A model generated the notes under the pieces. It saw only the letters and a program-made list of their open reading frames with translations. It did not search any database and was not told the origin of the DNA. From the human T2T-CHM13v2.0 reference genome, Homo sapiens, in the NCBI RefSeq assembly GCF_009914755.1, contig NC_060937.1: a DNA stretch of 64,000 bases; one strand, 5' to 3'. Position 1 is the stretch's first letter; each line of letters begins with the position of its first letter. Position numbers and translations under genes: made by a program. This document shows, piece by piece, positions 15,371-30,173 of the stretch.

Positions 15371-17539
15371 ATCAGTAGTAATAACTATCTTCTAGCTAAA
15401 TCTAAATGGGGGAGAGGGGACCTAGCCCTCTACCTTCCCGTCAATTGCTTCATACTCATATAATACTTTAAAGTTTTAAAAGTACTGTATTATTACTGTT
15501 AAATCTGATCATAAATAATCCTTCAAAGTTAGTGAGATCCAAATAAATATATGCTATGCACATGGTCAAAACCAGTATCTAAAGTTAAGTGACCTTTCGA
15601 ATATCATACAATAAACATTTTGTTTTAACAGTACCAGAATTTGAGCTCTCTAATTTTTCTTACTTGGGTATTGTTTATAGAAAAGTCTTAGTTTCTTGAA
15701 AAAAACTAAACATGCATTTGTAAATTGTTTAATGTATTTATAGGTAAAATTATTTTTCCTGTGACTAAACATATTAAATATGATTATCTAGTATCAGTTT
15801 ATTCTGTATGACTATATATATGGGATATATATATCATTTTGTTATTGACACTAAATTGGTTATGTAAATAATATAAATGTGGGATAATTTATTCTTTTAA
15901 ATAATTTTATTTAAAAATTAATCGAGTTTAAAAATAATAAGAAAATGGAATTTTTAACATTTTTAGTCTTCCCAAAGGAAAAAAAAATAACAGATGTAAG
16001 AATAAGAGTGTCATTATTTAAGTTATATATGATGTCATGACATCTAAGCAAAAATAAATGAAAACTGTATAGACTATCAAGACTATCAACACTAAAGAAA
16101 ACCTTGAATTTGCACGAAAGACAAGACCTGAATGTAAGAGACAGGTTCAGTAGAAAAAGAAGTGTCTAATATCAAGTCAGAATGACAGGAGGGGCCCTAT
16201 CCTGTATTTAAATGCTGAAAGGTGTAACAATGTACATAATGATCTACATGAATCACACAGGTCAAAGGATGCAGTGCCACAGAAAGACTGCTGAAGAATG
16301 CTGATAGAGACGTGGTTAGGGCAGGGAGAAAGTAGCAAACTAAGATAAGGCAAGTGCCAACCCTATTGTGTAACACAAAGCAGCCCTTTAATTTTAACTA
16401 AAAATAATTTAAGATTTGTCACCTTAATTTGGATGATATATTTATTGTGATAACAATCATCTTGTCACGGAATGGTTAAATTTACCTAGATTTTCAATTT
16501 AAATAAGAGTTGGTAGGAAACATCTCACATTGAAAATATCTGTTTCACAGCATTTGGTATGAATTGTGCTTAGAACAATTAGAAAAGAGGTTGCTATTGA
16601 TGCAAATATATAGGAATATTTGTAAAAATTATATTACAAAAGCTAGTCAAGAAATCAAATTACACTGCCTCTTCCAGTGCCATTTCTGTGGGAAAGTGTG
16701 GCTATGTGTCTAAGCACTGTGAAAGTCATATCACATTATACAATGAATTAGGAGACCTTAGCATTCATTCATCCTCACCGTGAGCTGCTTTGTTGAGCGC
16801 TTTTGCATCTCCACATTAACCAATTGGGAAAATAATTGCATTAACATAGATAGTTGTACTGGAGGGAAAGGAAAAATATTCTTTTCTTCTACACAATGTT
16901 ATTTTGTAAACAAACTCTACAGTGATAAAAAGGCCCCAGGACCAAACTGAAGATTAGCTAGAACACATTCTAGGAGCATGATTCCAATTATTGTGATGAA
17001 GCTGACCTATGTATCAAAGTGCTTGATAGTAGAAACTTCATTATATAAGACAGACTAAGCTAATGTGCAAACAAAGAAATATTGGAAAAATGTAACAAAT
17101 TCAATGAAATGTCAATGCATAGCACGAATCTATTAAAGGGAAATCTCCTTTTGGCAGAAACAAAGGTAAATCACTATTGAGAACACTCAGTGGGAGACAG
17201 GACAAAGGGGTTCATGGGAAATATGTAAAATAGGAATGAGACGGAAGTTTTCCATTTTGGGAACTGGAGTTTCAATTTCTATAGGAGGATGAGACCTGGG
17301 CTGTGACCTGCTGTTGGTGAGAGTATGAAACTGATCAACTTTCATGAACCTAGGAGTTAGGCTTAAAGGATTGCTAATTCAAATAAGAATTATACAAATT
17401 TTGCACATAATCTCTGAAAGGCTTTCTATCCACTTGCATATTACTTCATGTCTAGAGCCTACACATGATTGTTTCGGGACTAATACAAACATATTGGATT
17501 TAGAGATTCTTGAGCATGGAAGATAGAAATAATATGGTA

Positions 17540-17695
17540 GAACTAGAAGAAGCAAGTTTCCCTAATGACCTGGTGGAGCAATCTGAATTGCCACCTATAG
17601 AATTCTTTCACTTGTGAAAATAAACAAAGATATGTTTAAAGCACTGGATTCAAGTCTTTGCTCCTGGAAGCCACAAGTAACTGCTAACTGATAAA
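17540..17695 (+). mobile_element. Old MLT1 LTR 3' fragment
   Basis: CCCTAATGACCTGGTGGAGCA..GAAAATAAAC..TGTTTAAAGCACTG..CTAACTGATA. Confidence 0.5.
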
Positions 17696-18895
17696 CTGAT
17701 CTGGCGCCAAAAAAATTGATCCCAAACATAATTAGAAAAACAGATTTCTTCAATGGGCCACCCCATAATTATTTATGGTCTGATATGATATTTGCTCTCT
17801 TTTGATAGTTGAATGTGTTAACTTTTTTAAAAGTCATGCAAAATATTTCATACAATGCTTAATAAGTTACATTATCACAAATGTTCAGTATAATATTAGA
17901 TTTCCCTTTCTTAACTTGTGAAAAAGCACTTTAGTCACAGAGAAGCTCGAAAGGTAGATACAGATACTTAAAAAAGTAAAATTGTAAAAGGAGCTGTAAA
18001 AATTTTCTTTAAATTATGACAGCTAAAAAACCCATCTCGTATCCCATTTTAGAAGAAGTATTTTAAGCATCAGAAGCAACACACAAAATGGTTTGAAGGA
18101 AATAGAGACAAGATAGACGGTGTCTAAAAAAAGCATGAAGTGATTATTGCAGAATTCACCTTATTGCTAATTATATGATGAGGTGGGAAATCCAAATAGC
18201 TCCTTTGTGCACAGACTGCAGATTTTCTAGAACATTTAGTAAAATATAAAAATAGTTTTTTTTTTTAAGTTTAGTTTCCCAATGCTGATCAGACAATGAC
18301 CTCTATTACTGTTTGGAACAACAAAAAAAAAAAGTCTGACAGCTTATGAGTGAAGTCTACAAGTCACTAAAACCCTAAAAAGAGCATCTCATGAGAAGTC
18401 TATAATTGCACTCTGGGAAGTTTAAAAACTCTAGTGATGTTTTTAAGAAAATAGACCTTTTTGTATATCTTAGATCTTACCAACTTGGCTACTAATTTTG
18501 GTCTGCTTGCACACCAAGCTAGACAAGCAGTTAATTGCACTTAAATTGACATTTTGATTGATTCAAATGGTATTCCTGATGAATTTTACTATGTTGTAAA
18601 GAAAGAAGTTCAGAATGCTCAATAAGAAAGGCTTGGGGAAAGCTTTTGATGTTTAAATTTTAGAGTTGAGAAAATTAAGAACCAAATAAATTAAGTGACT
18701 TCATACTCGGTTAATCAGTAAAACAAACTAGAATTAGACCCAAGGCTCCTAAATGCTCTGGCCAGCTTTCTCCTGGTGGATGACACATGGTAATACAGAT
18801 CATTTGATAGGCCAAGAAAACTACCAATATACTCATATTGATGGAATCTCTGTCTCTTGCATGCCCCCTTCTGATAAAGGCTAATACATCTATAC

Positions 18896-18896
<1 letters not shown>

Positions 18897-18926
<30 letters not shown>
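18897..18926 (+). repeat. Poly(A) tract (~30 nt) with no attached element
   Basis: Pure A run. Confidence 0.95.
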
Positions 18927-18929
<3 letters not shown>

Positions 18930-19253
18930 ATTTAAGAGAGTGTTTCATAAGAGAATATCCATTTCCTCACTAAAGCAATAATATTCGTGTACATTTTCCT
19001 CTAAAATATCTGTTTTATCATTATGTAGTGATGTGTTAAAAGCAAAGCAAAACTGGAATCAAAACTATAGCTATGTGCCTATAAGGTTTTAACAATTTGG
19101 AATTGAAAAAGCCACACAAACAGTAACTAAGAGATTCTATTTTATCCCAAAAGGATTTCAAGAAGTAAATCAACAATGTGAAAATACTAGTATTCTTGTG
19201 ACTTATCACTCAATATTTTAAAAAAGAGGATTTAAATGAATTACTAAAAGTAA

Positions 19254-19651
<398 letters not shown>

Positions 19652-20689
19652 TGGAATTGTTTTTTAACATGAATTAATTCTTTACAGGTTCCTAATGCTG
19701 AGCTTTGCCCTTTTTCTTTTAGTATTTTAATCCTGACTAAAACAAACAAAATAGCGACTATTAAGAACATGTAATAAATACCGAATATGAGAGAAGCCCG
19801 CCCCAAGCTCATACCACAAACCTCCAGATAAAGCAACAAATATCATTTTAAAAACATGGAAAGAAGATTCCAGAAATGCATACATGAGCTTTCTTTTAGA
19901 GGAGCACAGTGTTATATAGCACAAAGAAAATGAAGGAATTAACAAATGAGGAAAAGCTATAAATGAAAAAACTACAATGATAGATGCAAATTTGATAAGC
20001 AAAACCAATAATGATGGTGGGCCACAGAAAGAGAAGATACTCACCTCACTACATTCAGCCTATTTCCTCCTCAACAGATAAAAGTTACTGAGAATCCCAA
20101 GTTAGAAGTGGCTCCAGTAGTGATTCCACTTATCATTCAAGGAGGTATTAAGGAAGGAAATTAGAAGCAGAGTGGTTAAATGAACTACAAAAGTATTCAT
20201 CTGACCAAGAGCATTAGAGGAAAGAAAGAACAAATGTGTGCTTGTGGAGAGAAAGAAATTGGGGATAAAAGCAATCAAGTCAGAGGAGAAACAAAGAAAC
20301 CCTCTTATTAAAGCAAACTGTATGGCTGAGAAACACTAGGATTTCAACTCAATTGCAACTGCAAGTGCATTCCTTGTGTATCTGGATAGACTCCCAACCT
20401 GAGAGGATGGCCCCAGGACAAGAGTTTTAATAACATCTACCACAAAAGACATATTGTAGGCTCCCTAGGCACTGGGTACCTTTTTTATCACCTGCACCAT
20501 CCAAAGGGCTAAAAGAAAAATATTCTTTGACAGCAACCAAACTGAACTAAATGTTAAGGCAAACAATTGATAAAAACAAAATATAAAACATCCTGACCAC
20601 TTGGTATTTATAGAACTAATATAATGGGCAAGAAATGATAGTAATGATGATGGCATGGTGGTGGTAATGATGATGATAGCCAACCCATT

Positions 20690-20890
20690 TTTAGTTCTTA
20701 CAAATAGATTATTCATGGTTTAAATGTTTTACATGTATTTATTTATTCATTTCTCGCAACAACACATGAAAGTCAGTATTTTTAATATCTTCCTTTTCTA
20801 GTTGAGATAACTGAGGCACAGAGGGATGAAGTCTCTCATGGAAGACCAGGAACACCAGTACGTGGTAGAGGCAGGGTTAGAACACAGAGG
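20690..20890 (-). mobile_element. MIR fragment
   Basis: GATAACTGAGGCACAGAGGG core and GGTAGAGGCAGGGTTAGAAC. Confidence 0.65.
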
Positions 20891-21088
20891 GTTGCAGATA
20901 ATCTATTCTACATGAAGCAAATAATCATATGATAACGATTTGTACAATCATATCCTCAATTGTGCAGGAGCTTTGCTAAACCTACAGTGCATAAGACACA
21001 GCCCTACCAGAATTTTTCTCCAACCATTCCCTCTGCTGGGAAACATCTTTCTCCAGCTACTCTCTTCTCATCCTCATTTCCATCAAGC

Positions 21089-21210
21089 CTTAGCTTCACA
21101 AGAGACCCCCAAGGGGTCTTAGCTTCTCAAAGAGACCCCCATCACACTTAGCTTCTCAAAGAGAAGACCCCCATCACACTTAGCTTCTCAAAGAGACCCC
21201 CAGGGGGTCT
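21089..21210. repeat. Minisatellite, 4 copies of a 29-32 bp unit
   Basis: CTTAGCTTC(T/A)CAA(A)GAGACCCCCA at 21089, 21118, 21147, 21179. Confidence 0.93.
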
Positions 21211-21219
21211 ATTTCCCCT

Positions 21220-21490
21220 CAGCCTGCTTCTCCTCACTCTACCACCAACACTCCCGATGTTTTTTAACCTGCTCTACCCTCTATTTATTTTTCAGTCTGT
21301 GTCAACTTCTAACATACTCTAAAATTTATGTGTGCATTTCATTTATATTTTATTTTTACTCTCTTTTTGCTAGAATGAAACTCTATAAGAACAGGAATGT
21401 TTGACTCTTGTTCAGTGACGGAACAGAACTGTGCCTGGCACATTGTCAAGACGCAAAAAAGTATTTGTTTAATGGATAAATGGAAAATAA
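21220..21490 (+). mobile_element. L2 3' end
   Basis: CTAGAATGAAACTCTATAAGAACAGG..GTGCCTGGCACATTGT..TATTTGTTTAATGGATAAATG. Confidence 0.75.
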
Positions 21491-22153
21491 GTGAAATGTA
21501 AAAGGGACTGTGACAAAATATATCACTCAAGAAACACTAAAAAATGAATGCACTAGTAGCTTTGTAATAAATAGAAAAAGTTCTTTGAGAGCTTCACAAA
21601 AGGGTTTAGATAGAATTAATGGGGAATTATTTCAGCCTTGTAGTAGTCATTCATTTTCTACAAGTAAAATATTACAAAATATAGAGAAACAATAGAAACT
21701 TCCATTATTTTTAGAAAACCAGAATAATAATGATGGAACACTGAACAATAATAATTTGAGATGTATTATCTATTGTTTTAGCATATATGCTATGTTTGTA
21801 TATGTGTGTGCATAAATATATATGTACTGTATGTATGCATGTATGTATAAAACGCAATAACACAGTATTTTCCATGGTGTGGGAATATGACATTTTTATA
21901 TAAACTTCTGATAGAGCAGATTAGCAATAAGCATCAAATTTAATAGGTATACATCTTAACCCTAAACTCTTACTTATTATTGTGAGTATATAATTGGACA
22001 AGGTACATAAAGATGTTTATGCAAGGTCATTAATTATACTGTCTTAAAAATAGCAAACCATTTAGAAACACTTCACATTTCATAATTAATTTGTAGTTGA
22101 CTATATAAAATGCCCATGCAGGGAGCCTGCCACTGCTACTTAAAAAACAATAT

Positions 22154-22431
22154 CTAGCCGACCCTGGAACAACACAAGTTTGAATGTCCCGAGTCCACTT
22201 CCACGCATATATTTTTCCAGTGAATCCAGTAGGCCTTTCCTATTGGTAGGTTTCACAACCACAACCAGAGATCTAAAATTCAATATTCCAGGCATCCAAA
22301 ACCCGTGTATAGGGAGGATTGACTTTCCGTGTCTGGAACCCATAGGGCCACCTTGGAGATTTGAGTATGTTTGAATTTCAGTATATGAGTGAGTCCTGGA
22401 ACCCATCTTCCACAGGCACAGAGGGATGACT
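22154..22431 (-). mobile_element. MER2/MER2B-like TcMar-Tigger element
   Basis: Ends GACCCTGGAACAACACAAGTTTGAA and GTCCTGGAACCCATC..GAGGGATGACTG. Confidence 0.75.
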
Positions 22432-23559
22432 GCCTATTTACATACATTGACATGGAGCTACACTATGTGTTACTGACTGAAACAGAGCATGCTTCCAATT
22501 AGCATGCATGTAATGCTATGCATGTTATGATACAGGTGTGTGAGTACGTGTGTGAGAGAGTGTGTGTACAGGTATGCTTCTGTGGGGGGACAGAGGTTGA
22601 AAGAAAATTGAGAATTTTGTTCTGGCACTTGGCATCTTGGGTAAATTTTCACTTTCTTCTTTATTCTTTTTGAATTGGATTATATTTTCTACAGTAGATA
22701 TCAAAAATTTTAGGGAAAAAACTAATAAAGAGAGAAAATGAAGTTAGGAGAAGAATATGGGGAAAATGCATGAGAAAAAAGAACTACTTTCGCTGCATAG
22801 GTAAAATTGAACTAATGTATTTGACATTTTAATTAGATGTCCAGGTTTACAAAATGCCTGAAAAATATTAAATGACTTGGGAAGATAACTTTTATTGTAC
22901 TGTAATTAATTGACATTATATAGATATAGCAACTCCCCTATTGAGAAGATCTACATTACTCTGAATTATTAAAATATTAGTTCTAGACTCTCTTATGTAA
23001 AATAAAAATGTCATTTGAAACCAAATAATTACTAGAAATTCATAGGGATAAAACAATATGCTTAGATTACTTTGTATTTTGTGATAAAACTGGAAAATTT
23101 CTCATCTCTTATTTTTAAATGTCTCTGCTTACTTATTTTAATAATTTAAAAGTAAAGATTTTTTTCATTATTCACTTGCCTGATGTCAGAAAAATAAAGC
23201 ATTGATTACAGCTTGAAACAGGACTCTTGAGTTGAAGGATCAGAAGTAAAGAGGAAAAAAAATGTTGAAGGCAGAGAACTAAGAATTACATTTGGTGGGA
23301 TAAAGGTTCATAGTGAATCATTTCCCAAATAAAGAAAAAAAACCCTGCTATTAAGAAAAATAACTATGTCACCATTTCTTTTGAATTTCAGTTCAATTAT
23401 AATCCTGCTGAAGAAAGAATGAGGTGTGGAGAGAACAGACATTTGATGGGTGCTTATGATAGTACTTTGGGTTCCTCAACCCATTCATTCTTGACACTAC
23501 CACCTTCACCCCACACTACATGTTCTATTTGAAAAAAAAATTATATAGTTTCAGAGTGA

Positions 23560-24100
23560 TTAATAGACAGAATTAAGTAATAGGGTATGGATGGAGCAGG
23601 GCTTCTGTGATGACGTTGTCAGGGAACGTTCCTCCAGGTGACACTGGAGCTTGGGTTAGGTGGGGAAGGTGGAGACATCTTGCAGAAAGTCAGAGGAAGA
23701 GTGAAACAAGGGCCACAGAGAGAAACCAGATCTGTGCCTTAAGGGAAGGGCAGAGAGGCTTGTATGCCTGGGACTAGTAGCACAGCGGAGGAGCCCATTG
23801 GGAGCAGCATCAGATCAGGAGAGGAAGCAGGAGCTGATCAGGTCACTTCTAAGTCACTGTAAAGGCAGTCAAGGGTTTTAAAGAAAAGAATGAGATCGTA
23901 TTTTTTTCCATAAACATGCCGCTAGCATCTGTACAGAGAATGAAACCTGGAGGATAAGAGCAGACGCAGGCAAAACAGTTAGGAGACGTTACAATCAGTG
24001 AGGATGACAGTCACCGGAAGTGCATGCCAGCAGCGAAATGGACAGGACATGCCAACTGCAAGAACTACTTTGGAAAGTAACTTAGAAACACCACTGAGGG
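23560..24100 (-). mobile_element. L2 fragment
   Basis: Purine-rich antisense L2 motifs: GGTGACACTGGAGC, GTCACTGTAAAGG, AAGGGTTTTAAAG, CAGTTAGGAG. Confidence 0.55.
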
Positions 24101-24149
24101 AGGTGAGGAGCAGGGGAAAACAAAAATAAAAGGATGATTTTACAGAATG

Positions 24150-24151
<2 letters not shown>

Positions 24152-24190
<39 letters not shown>

Positions 24191-24194
24191 TGTG
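24152..24194. repeat. (TG)n microsatellite
   Basis: About 19 TG units. Confidence 0.97.
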
Positions 24195-24284
24195 TACGTG
24201 ATATCACCCCAGTCTATAGCAAAGCAAACAATTGTTTCACCAAAGAAATAAACAAATTTAAGCAAACTTTATCAATACGTTTGA

Positions 24285-24588
<304 letters not shown>

Positions 24589-25277
24589 GAAATTAATTTT
24601 TAACATTAAAAACAATTCAAATTTTGGTTTTCCAGCCAATGAGGTCAATACTTATTTCACTGATGATACAACTTGTGGACTTTCTGCAACATAGCTCCAA
24701 GATTGAAATAAGGAGGACATGAGTGACAATCATGACAGCCGCGTGACTGATGTTTGGGCACTGTATTAAGTGGACTTCTTCAGCCAAGAGTCATTGTACA
24801 GATAAATCATAGGTATTTGGTTAATTAAGGTGAAAATATTTAGTTTGAGTAATAAATTTTAGTTAGCATTAATTTATTCCCTGATAAATTTCTAGCTTCA
24901 TTTTGAAGATCTGAACTATATTAGTGAGAGCTCCCTAAAGTATACTGGGGACATTTTGAAGTATATTTAATTTACATTTTAATGTGGCAAGAATTTTTAC
25001 CACTTTGAAAATGATAATTAATACATAAGTTAATCATTATATATAAATGCCAATTTTCCCCTTGGGTGTTCTCCACAGAATGAGTCTCAAATTCATTGTA
25101 AATTCACTACATATCACATCTCACACTTCACAGGTAAATTCACTTTGTTTTTGTTCTTTCAAAAATACTCATACTCTTTTTGTTTTTAAAGACACAGCAT
25201 TGAGGGGAACATTGCCACTTCTGAAGGTCCTGGCAATGCCAACCGTGGCTTAACAGAAAATATGGGGAGGAAGCACG

Positions 25278-25391
25278 TACTGTGGCCAACTCATCCTGGT
25301 TTGCCTGGGAATTTCCCAGATTAAGCATGAAGAATCCCACATCTTGGAAAATATCCCAGTCCTGGGCAAACCAGAATGGTTGGCCACCATC
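25278..25391. mobile_element. MER81-like hAT-Blackjack MITE
   Basis: ~114 bp with inverted arms GTGGCCAAC..CCTGGTTTGCCTGGGA / TCCTGGGCAAACCAG..GTTGGCCAC. Confidence 0.8.
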
Positions 25392-27559
25392 AACAATGGA
25401 AAAAATATATATATGTGTACTATCCAGAAAACAACCAGCAGGAAACCTCGGGATGACGGATAAAGAAGATCTTTTGTGTATTATTACCCATATATCATTT
25501 TAACCCAGAGTCTCTATCCATGCATGTGCAAACCAAGTACAATTTCTAGACACTTTCTATTTTTGATAATATGGTCATGAGCATAGATCAAATAAAGCAT
25601 GCCCTGAGAGGTAAGTGTGCCGTGCTGTGCTTTGGTAGAGCACCATGGAGATCACTGGACATTGCGGTCATTCACTCTTGAGAAAATGGAGGGAGAAAAC
25701 AAAAGCAAGAACAAAGCATTGTCACTCCTTAGCTCCTTTCCAAGGCCTTCTGTGACAGCAGTGTGGGCATTTATCAAAGTAGGGCCCTGCTGTCCACAGC
25801 TGATTTCAACTTTCACAACAGTCCTGCCTGGCCGCTTTGAGTCCTGTAAGTCCTTTGTGATAAAGGGCATCGACTTGCTCTGACTTAAGGACCATTCCCA
25901 TCATTTTTGAAAAGAGTGTCTCTCCTCACTTTTGCCTAGATCTCAATGAGCTGCCATATTAGTTTATATGTTTTCTATTGCTGGCTATGTCATGTTCCTG
26001 AAATTGAACAGGATCTAATAAAATATGGTACTTTTCATAATTACCATATTGTATTTGATGAAATAAATGATATTCAAGGAAACCCCTGAGTATCATTGCT
26101 TCATTATTAACATTGATAATGAGGAACTGTTTTCAGGCATGGAAAGGGCCTACAGTTGGGCTAGCACGACGATCTCTCACACACAGACCAGGAACAAGAA
26201 GTAGCGAGGCTAACAGAAAAGAACCGCACATGAAGTTGGATTTCAAGTTACAGTTCAAGATGGGACTAAACACAGTAGTGTTTCATTTGTATGATATTCT
26301 GAATGCTGCTTCTTAACACACATGCAATTTAATTTTAATGGGTATTTTACTGTGATTAATAAATGTCAATTCTCTGTGTTATCTTCGCATCATAACATAT
26401 TCATAGACTTTATCTATGCCAAGAGTACTTTTATTGAACTTCATGTTCTAGAGAATTGGGGTGCTGTTAACAATAGTTTCACAGTTTATGTGTTTTGTAA
26501 AGCTCAATCTTTAATGAAAATGCTTTGTGAACTCACAGACCTGTTTCCTTGATAATAAAAGAGTAAAGAAACATAGAAAGGGCATGGATAGTGCAGATGT
26601 CACATACTGGATAAATTAACTTTAAGATTTGTTAATGGAAATACAATTTTTTAATACAATGAAGGATGATTCAGGCTGGCTAATTTAATCAGACTTGTTT
26701 TTTTCAAATTCATATCACCTAAACTTTATCCAGAATAACTTATACAGAATACCATTAAAGCCTACTGCTTCTAGGAGGTAGATACTATTACTTCTAATGA
26801 GTGTAGAAAGGTTATTTTTGGGCAATTAATTTTAAACATAAACATTTCTCATTTTAACATTCGCCTTTCATTCTAGACTTAGAAGAAGAAGCCATTATGT
26901 AAATGCTGCCGTGGAGGACCCTTCCCTCCACTTATTCAGAACCTCAAGGTCCAATTGATCTGTGATAGCGTTGCTGACAAGTTCAGTCACTATTGAGCAT
27001 CACTGCTCTCCAATCCCCAGAGCACTTCTCCTTCATATTAATAGAGTGCGTCTTAGTTATAAAGCCCTTTCACACATGTGCACGCGTTACCTTCATCCCA
27101 AACTATAGAGTAGGCTGTTTTTTCTCTTCATTTTGTACCTTTTGAAACTGGGACTTCACTCACAACTGTAGTTCAGTAAGTGATACAGTTGGGTAAGACA
27201 AAGGACTACTCGCACCCAACCTTCTGGCTTCATGTCTAGCCTACATCACACACAGTGGCACTCAACTGTGCATTATTCTTGTTTGTGTGCACTTCTTGTA
27301 CATATATGATTGGAATTCCAAAAAAAGTAGACATTTTAGGGTGCAGACTCAAACCTTTCTAGTAGCTCCTATAGCACCTGGTACAATCTGAGGCATCATG
27401 GAACATAGTATGAATTTAAACTAAAATTCAATTCACCAACATAAACCGTTCATTGACTGCATTTTTAAAGCAGGGTGCAAAGAAAAAAGATTTCAAATGT
27501 GAGGGACGAAAATACTCAGGCATGAGAATAGTTGGGAGAGGTAGTCCTCCATTTTAGCG

Positions 27560-27960
27560 TCTGGTAAAGGTCAGGTTTTTTGAAAGCAGATTTTAAGGTG
27601 GAGATTTGCATTCGGGAAATATGTTGAGTGCTCTCACTCAGCAGGATCTTCTCTGGGGTGAAGGATGAAGAAGGCAGGACAGGGCAGAGGGAGACGCTGG
27701 ACCGTGAGCCCTCAGCCAATTGTCTGGAGAGCTCTGGAGTTGGATGGCCCTCTAAGTTCTCCCAACTTGGACAAAGGACATGGGTATATACCGCAATTTC
27801 AGGAGTCCTTGGAGTGACACTGTCCAGCCTCCTGAAAGGGAACCTTAGGTGAGGCTGCTCTCTTCAAATGAAGGGAATTCTCAGAGAAGGCCGAGGACTG
27901 ACGGCTTGCCACCCAGCGCCACTACCAGCAGCTTGTAGAAAAAAATATTTTAAATGGGGA
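27560..27960 (-). mobile_element. ERVL LTR fragment (LTR33/LTR16-like)
   Basis: AAGCAGA..GGAGATTTGCA..GGGCAGAGGGAGA..CTCAGCCAAT..GAGCTCTGGAGTTGGATGGCCC. Confidence 0.65.
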
Positions 27961-29036
27961 ATACATGCAGCACAACATAGAATTCACCACTCCAAGAAAA
28001 AGGAAGAAGTGAGGATTGTATTATCTCTCTCTCAAGTGAAGCATTGCTGTAGTAAGTCTATAGAAAACATGCATACATGTGTAACTGCTGTCTTGAGCAT
28101 TTCTGTACTGAGCACTTTATAGAGATTATTTTCATTAATCTTTACAAAAGCCTTAGAAGGCAATCACTATTGTTATTTTCTTTTTACAAATGAGGAAAGA
28201 TGCTTGGCGTATCTGAGAAGGTGATAAAGGCCGGAGGGCTGAAGTGCAGACAGGGATGGAGAGAGTGGGACGGGGCATGGAGGTGAGGTAGAAGGAGGTC
28301 CTGTAGTGGGGGCCTGATGGGGCTCAGAACAGGTTGAAAATGTTACCAATAAACATGTGAGCCAGCAAAGATTTACAATTTCTGATTGTGTGTGTTTCTA
28401 CCCCTCCCTACCCATTGTGTTTGTAATTTCAATTACAGACATTTCAAAGCAGCCTATCTTCATTTGAATAAGATGTGGGTATCAGCGAACTTTTAGGCAA
28501 AGAGGGAGCAAAATCAAAAATGTCAAACTTGAAATAAAAATAATTAGTAATATAATTTTTTAATTTAAAAAATCCATCTCCAATTTGAAACAGTCTTACT
28601 ATGCCTCGTACAAGTTAGTATTTCTGTTGCAAATAGATTCAAGAAGATAGAAAAAGCACTAAATGGATAAATTGGAGAGGGAAATTATTTTGTTTTCTTC
28701 CTATTAATGGATAGGAAGTAATTATACAACTAAGATGATACTTTTTCTTATTATCCATCAAGGAACTTGGGACCCACAACCCATTTGTTTTCTTTAAGCA
28801 GAATTATGAATCATAGAGTAAAATTTTTCTGCCAAGTCTTAGTAGGACACTTTTCTTTCCTTACCCATAAATTTAATCACTCAGAATGTACTAGTGTTTA
28901 TACCAAATATCTCCATTGTTAAATCTTGGTATAAGTTTTTACCATCTTCCTCCTACATTATTGCAATATTCTTCTAATTATCTCCTTGCTTCTGGTCTTG
29001 CCTCCATACAATTTATTCTATTCACAGGAACAAAAG

Positions 29037-29336
29037 TTTTTGTTTTTTTTTTTTTGAGTCAAACTCTCACTCTGTCTCTTAGGTTGGAGTACAGTGGCAC
29101 GATCTCGGTCACTGCAACCTCTGCCTTCCCTGGTCAAACAATTCTCTTGCCTCAGCCTCCTGAGTAGCTGGGACTACAGGTGCACGCCACTACTCCTGGC
29201 TCATTTTTGTATTTTTACTGGAGACAGGGTTTCACCATGCTGGCCAGGCTGGTCTCAACTCCTGACTTCGTGATCGGCCCACTTTGGCTTTTGCCCGAAG
29301 TGCTGGGATTACAGGAGTGAGCCACTGTGCCCGGCC
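29037..29336 (-). mobile_element. AluS
   Basis: Full dimer with poly-T tail; no TSD discernible. Confidence 0.9.
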
Positions 29337-29857
29337 CATGTCACTACTATTCCATTGTTCATGATCATTGCTCATGACCTTCCAATGGCTTCCCTTGACT
29401 CTTCTGAATTCCAGACTCCTTAGCATTGTGTATGGGACCCACTGGTTCTGGCTCTTTGTCTGTATCTCGAGCACCATGTTGTGTGATGATCCCAGAGCTT
29501 GCCAAGTCTTATCCACTCTGATCTCGGGCCTCATTTTTCTAAAATGTGCCAAGTTTCTCCCTGTGCTGGGCCCTTTGCTTATTCCCTCTGGGAACAACCT
29601 CCACCCATGTGCTTTTGTGAGGCTGACCTGAGTCCTTCGCATCATTCAGGTCTCAACTCCAATGTCTCCATCTCAGAGAAGTCTTTTCTAAAGATACTCA
29701 CTAAATTACCCACCTTAGCTCAAGCCCATGTCGCACGTTGCCTTCTTTTTAGTGTCTCTATCGTATTAACCACTCTCTGAAATTACTTAATTAATATGTA
29801 TTGTCTATCTCTGAGAAAGAGACATCAGTGACATAGGAATAGAAATACGTGGTTTGA

Positions 29858-30140
29858 TGCTGGGCGCAGGGACTCACACCTGTAATCCCAGCATTTTGGG
29901 AGGCTGAAGCAGGTAGATCACTTTGAGCTCAGGAGTTCAATACCAGCCCAGGAAACATGAGGAAACCCCATCTCTACAAAAAATATAAAAATGAGCTGCA
30001 CATGGTGCTTCACACCTGTGTCCCAGCTACTCATGGGGCTGAGGCTGGAGGGTCACTTGATCTGGGAAGTGGAGGTTGCAGTGAGCTGAGCTTGCACCAC
30101 TGTACTCGAGCCTGTGTGACAGAACAAGACCGTATTTAAA
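29858..30140 (+). mobile_element. AluJ
   Basis: GATCACTTTGAGCTCAGGAG, CTCTACAAAAAATA; degenerate TSD AAATA..TGGTTTG. Confidence 0.9.
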
Positions 30141-30141
30141 A

Positions 30142-30173
<32 letters not shown>

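Noticed and set aside
18897-18926. Orphan poly(A) as a processed-pseudogene tail
   Set aside because: No TSD and no recognisable transcript-like sequence upstream.
21089-21210. ~30-bp repeats with hairpins as CRISPR-like or terminator structures
   Set aside because: No unique spacers, no cas genes, primate context; treated as a minisatellite.
25278-25391. Long hairpin as a novel miRNA precursor
   Set aside because: Explained by the MER81 MITE inverted arms; no expression evidence available.
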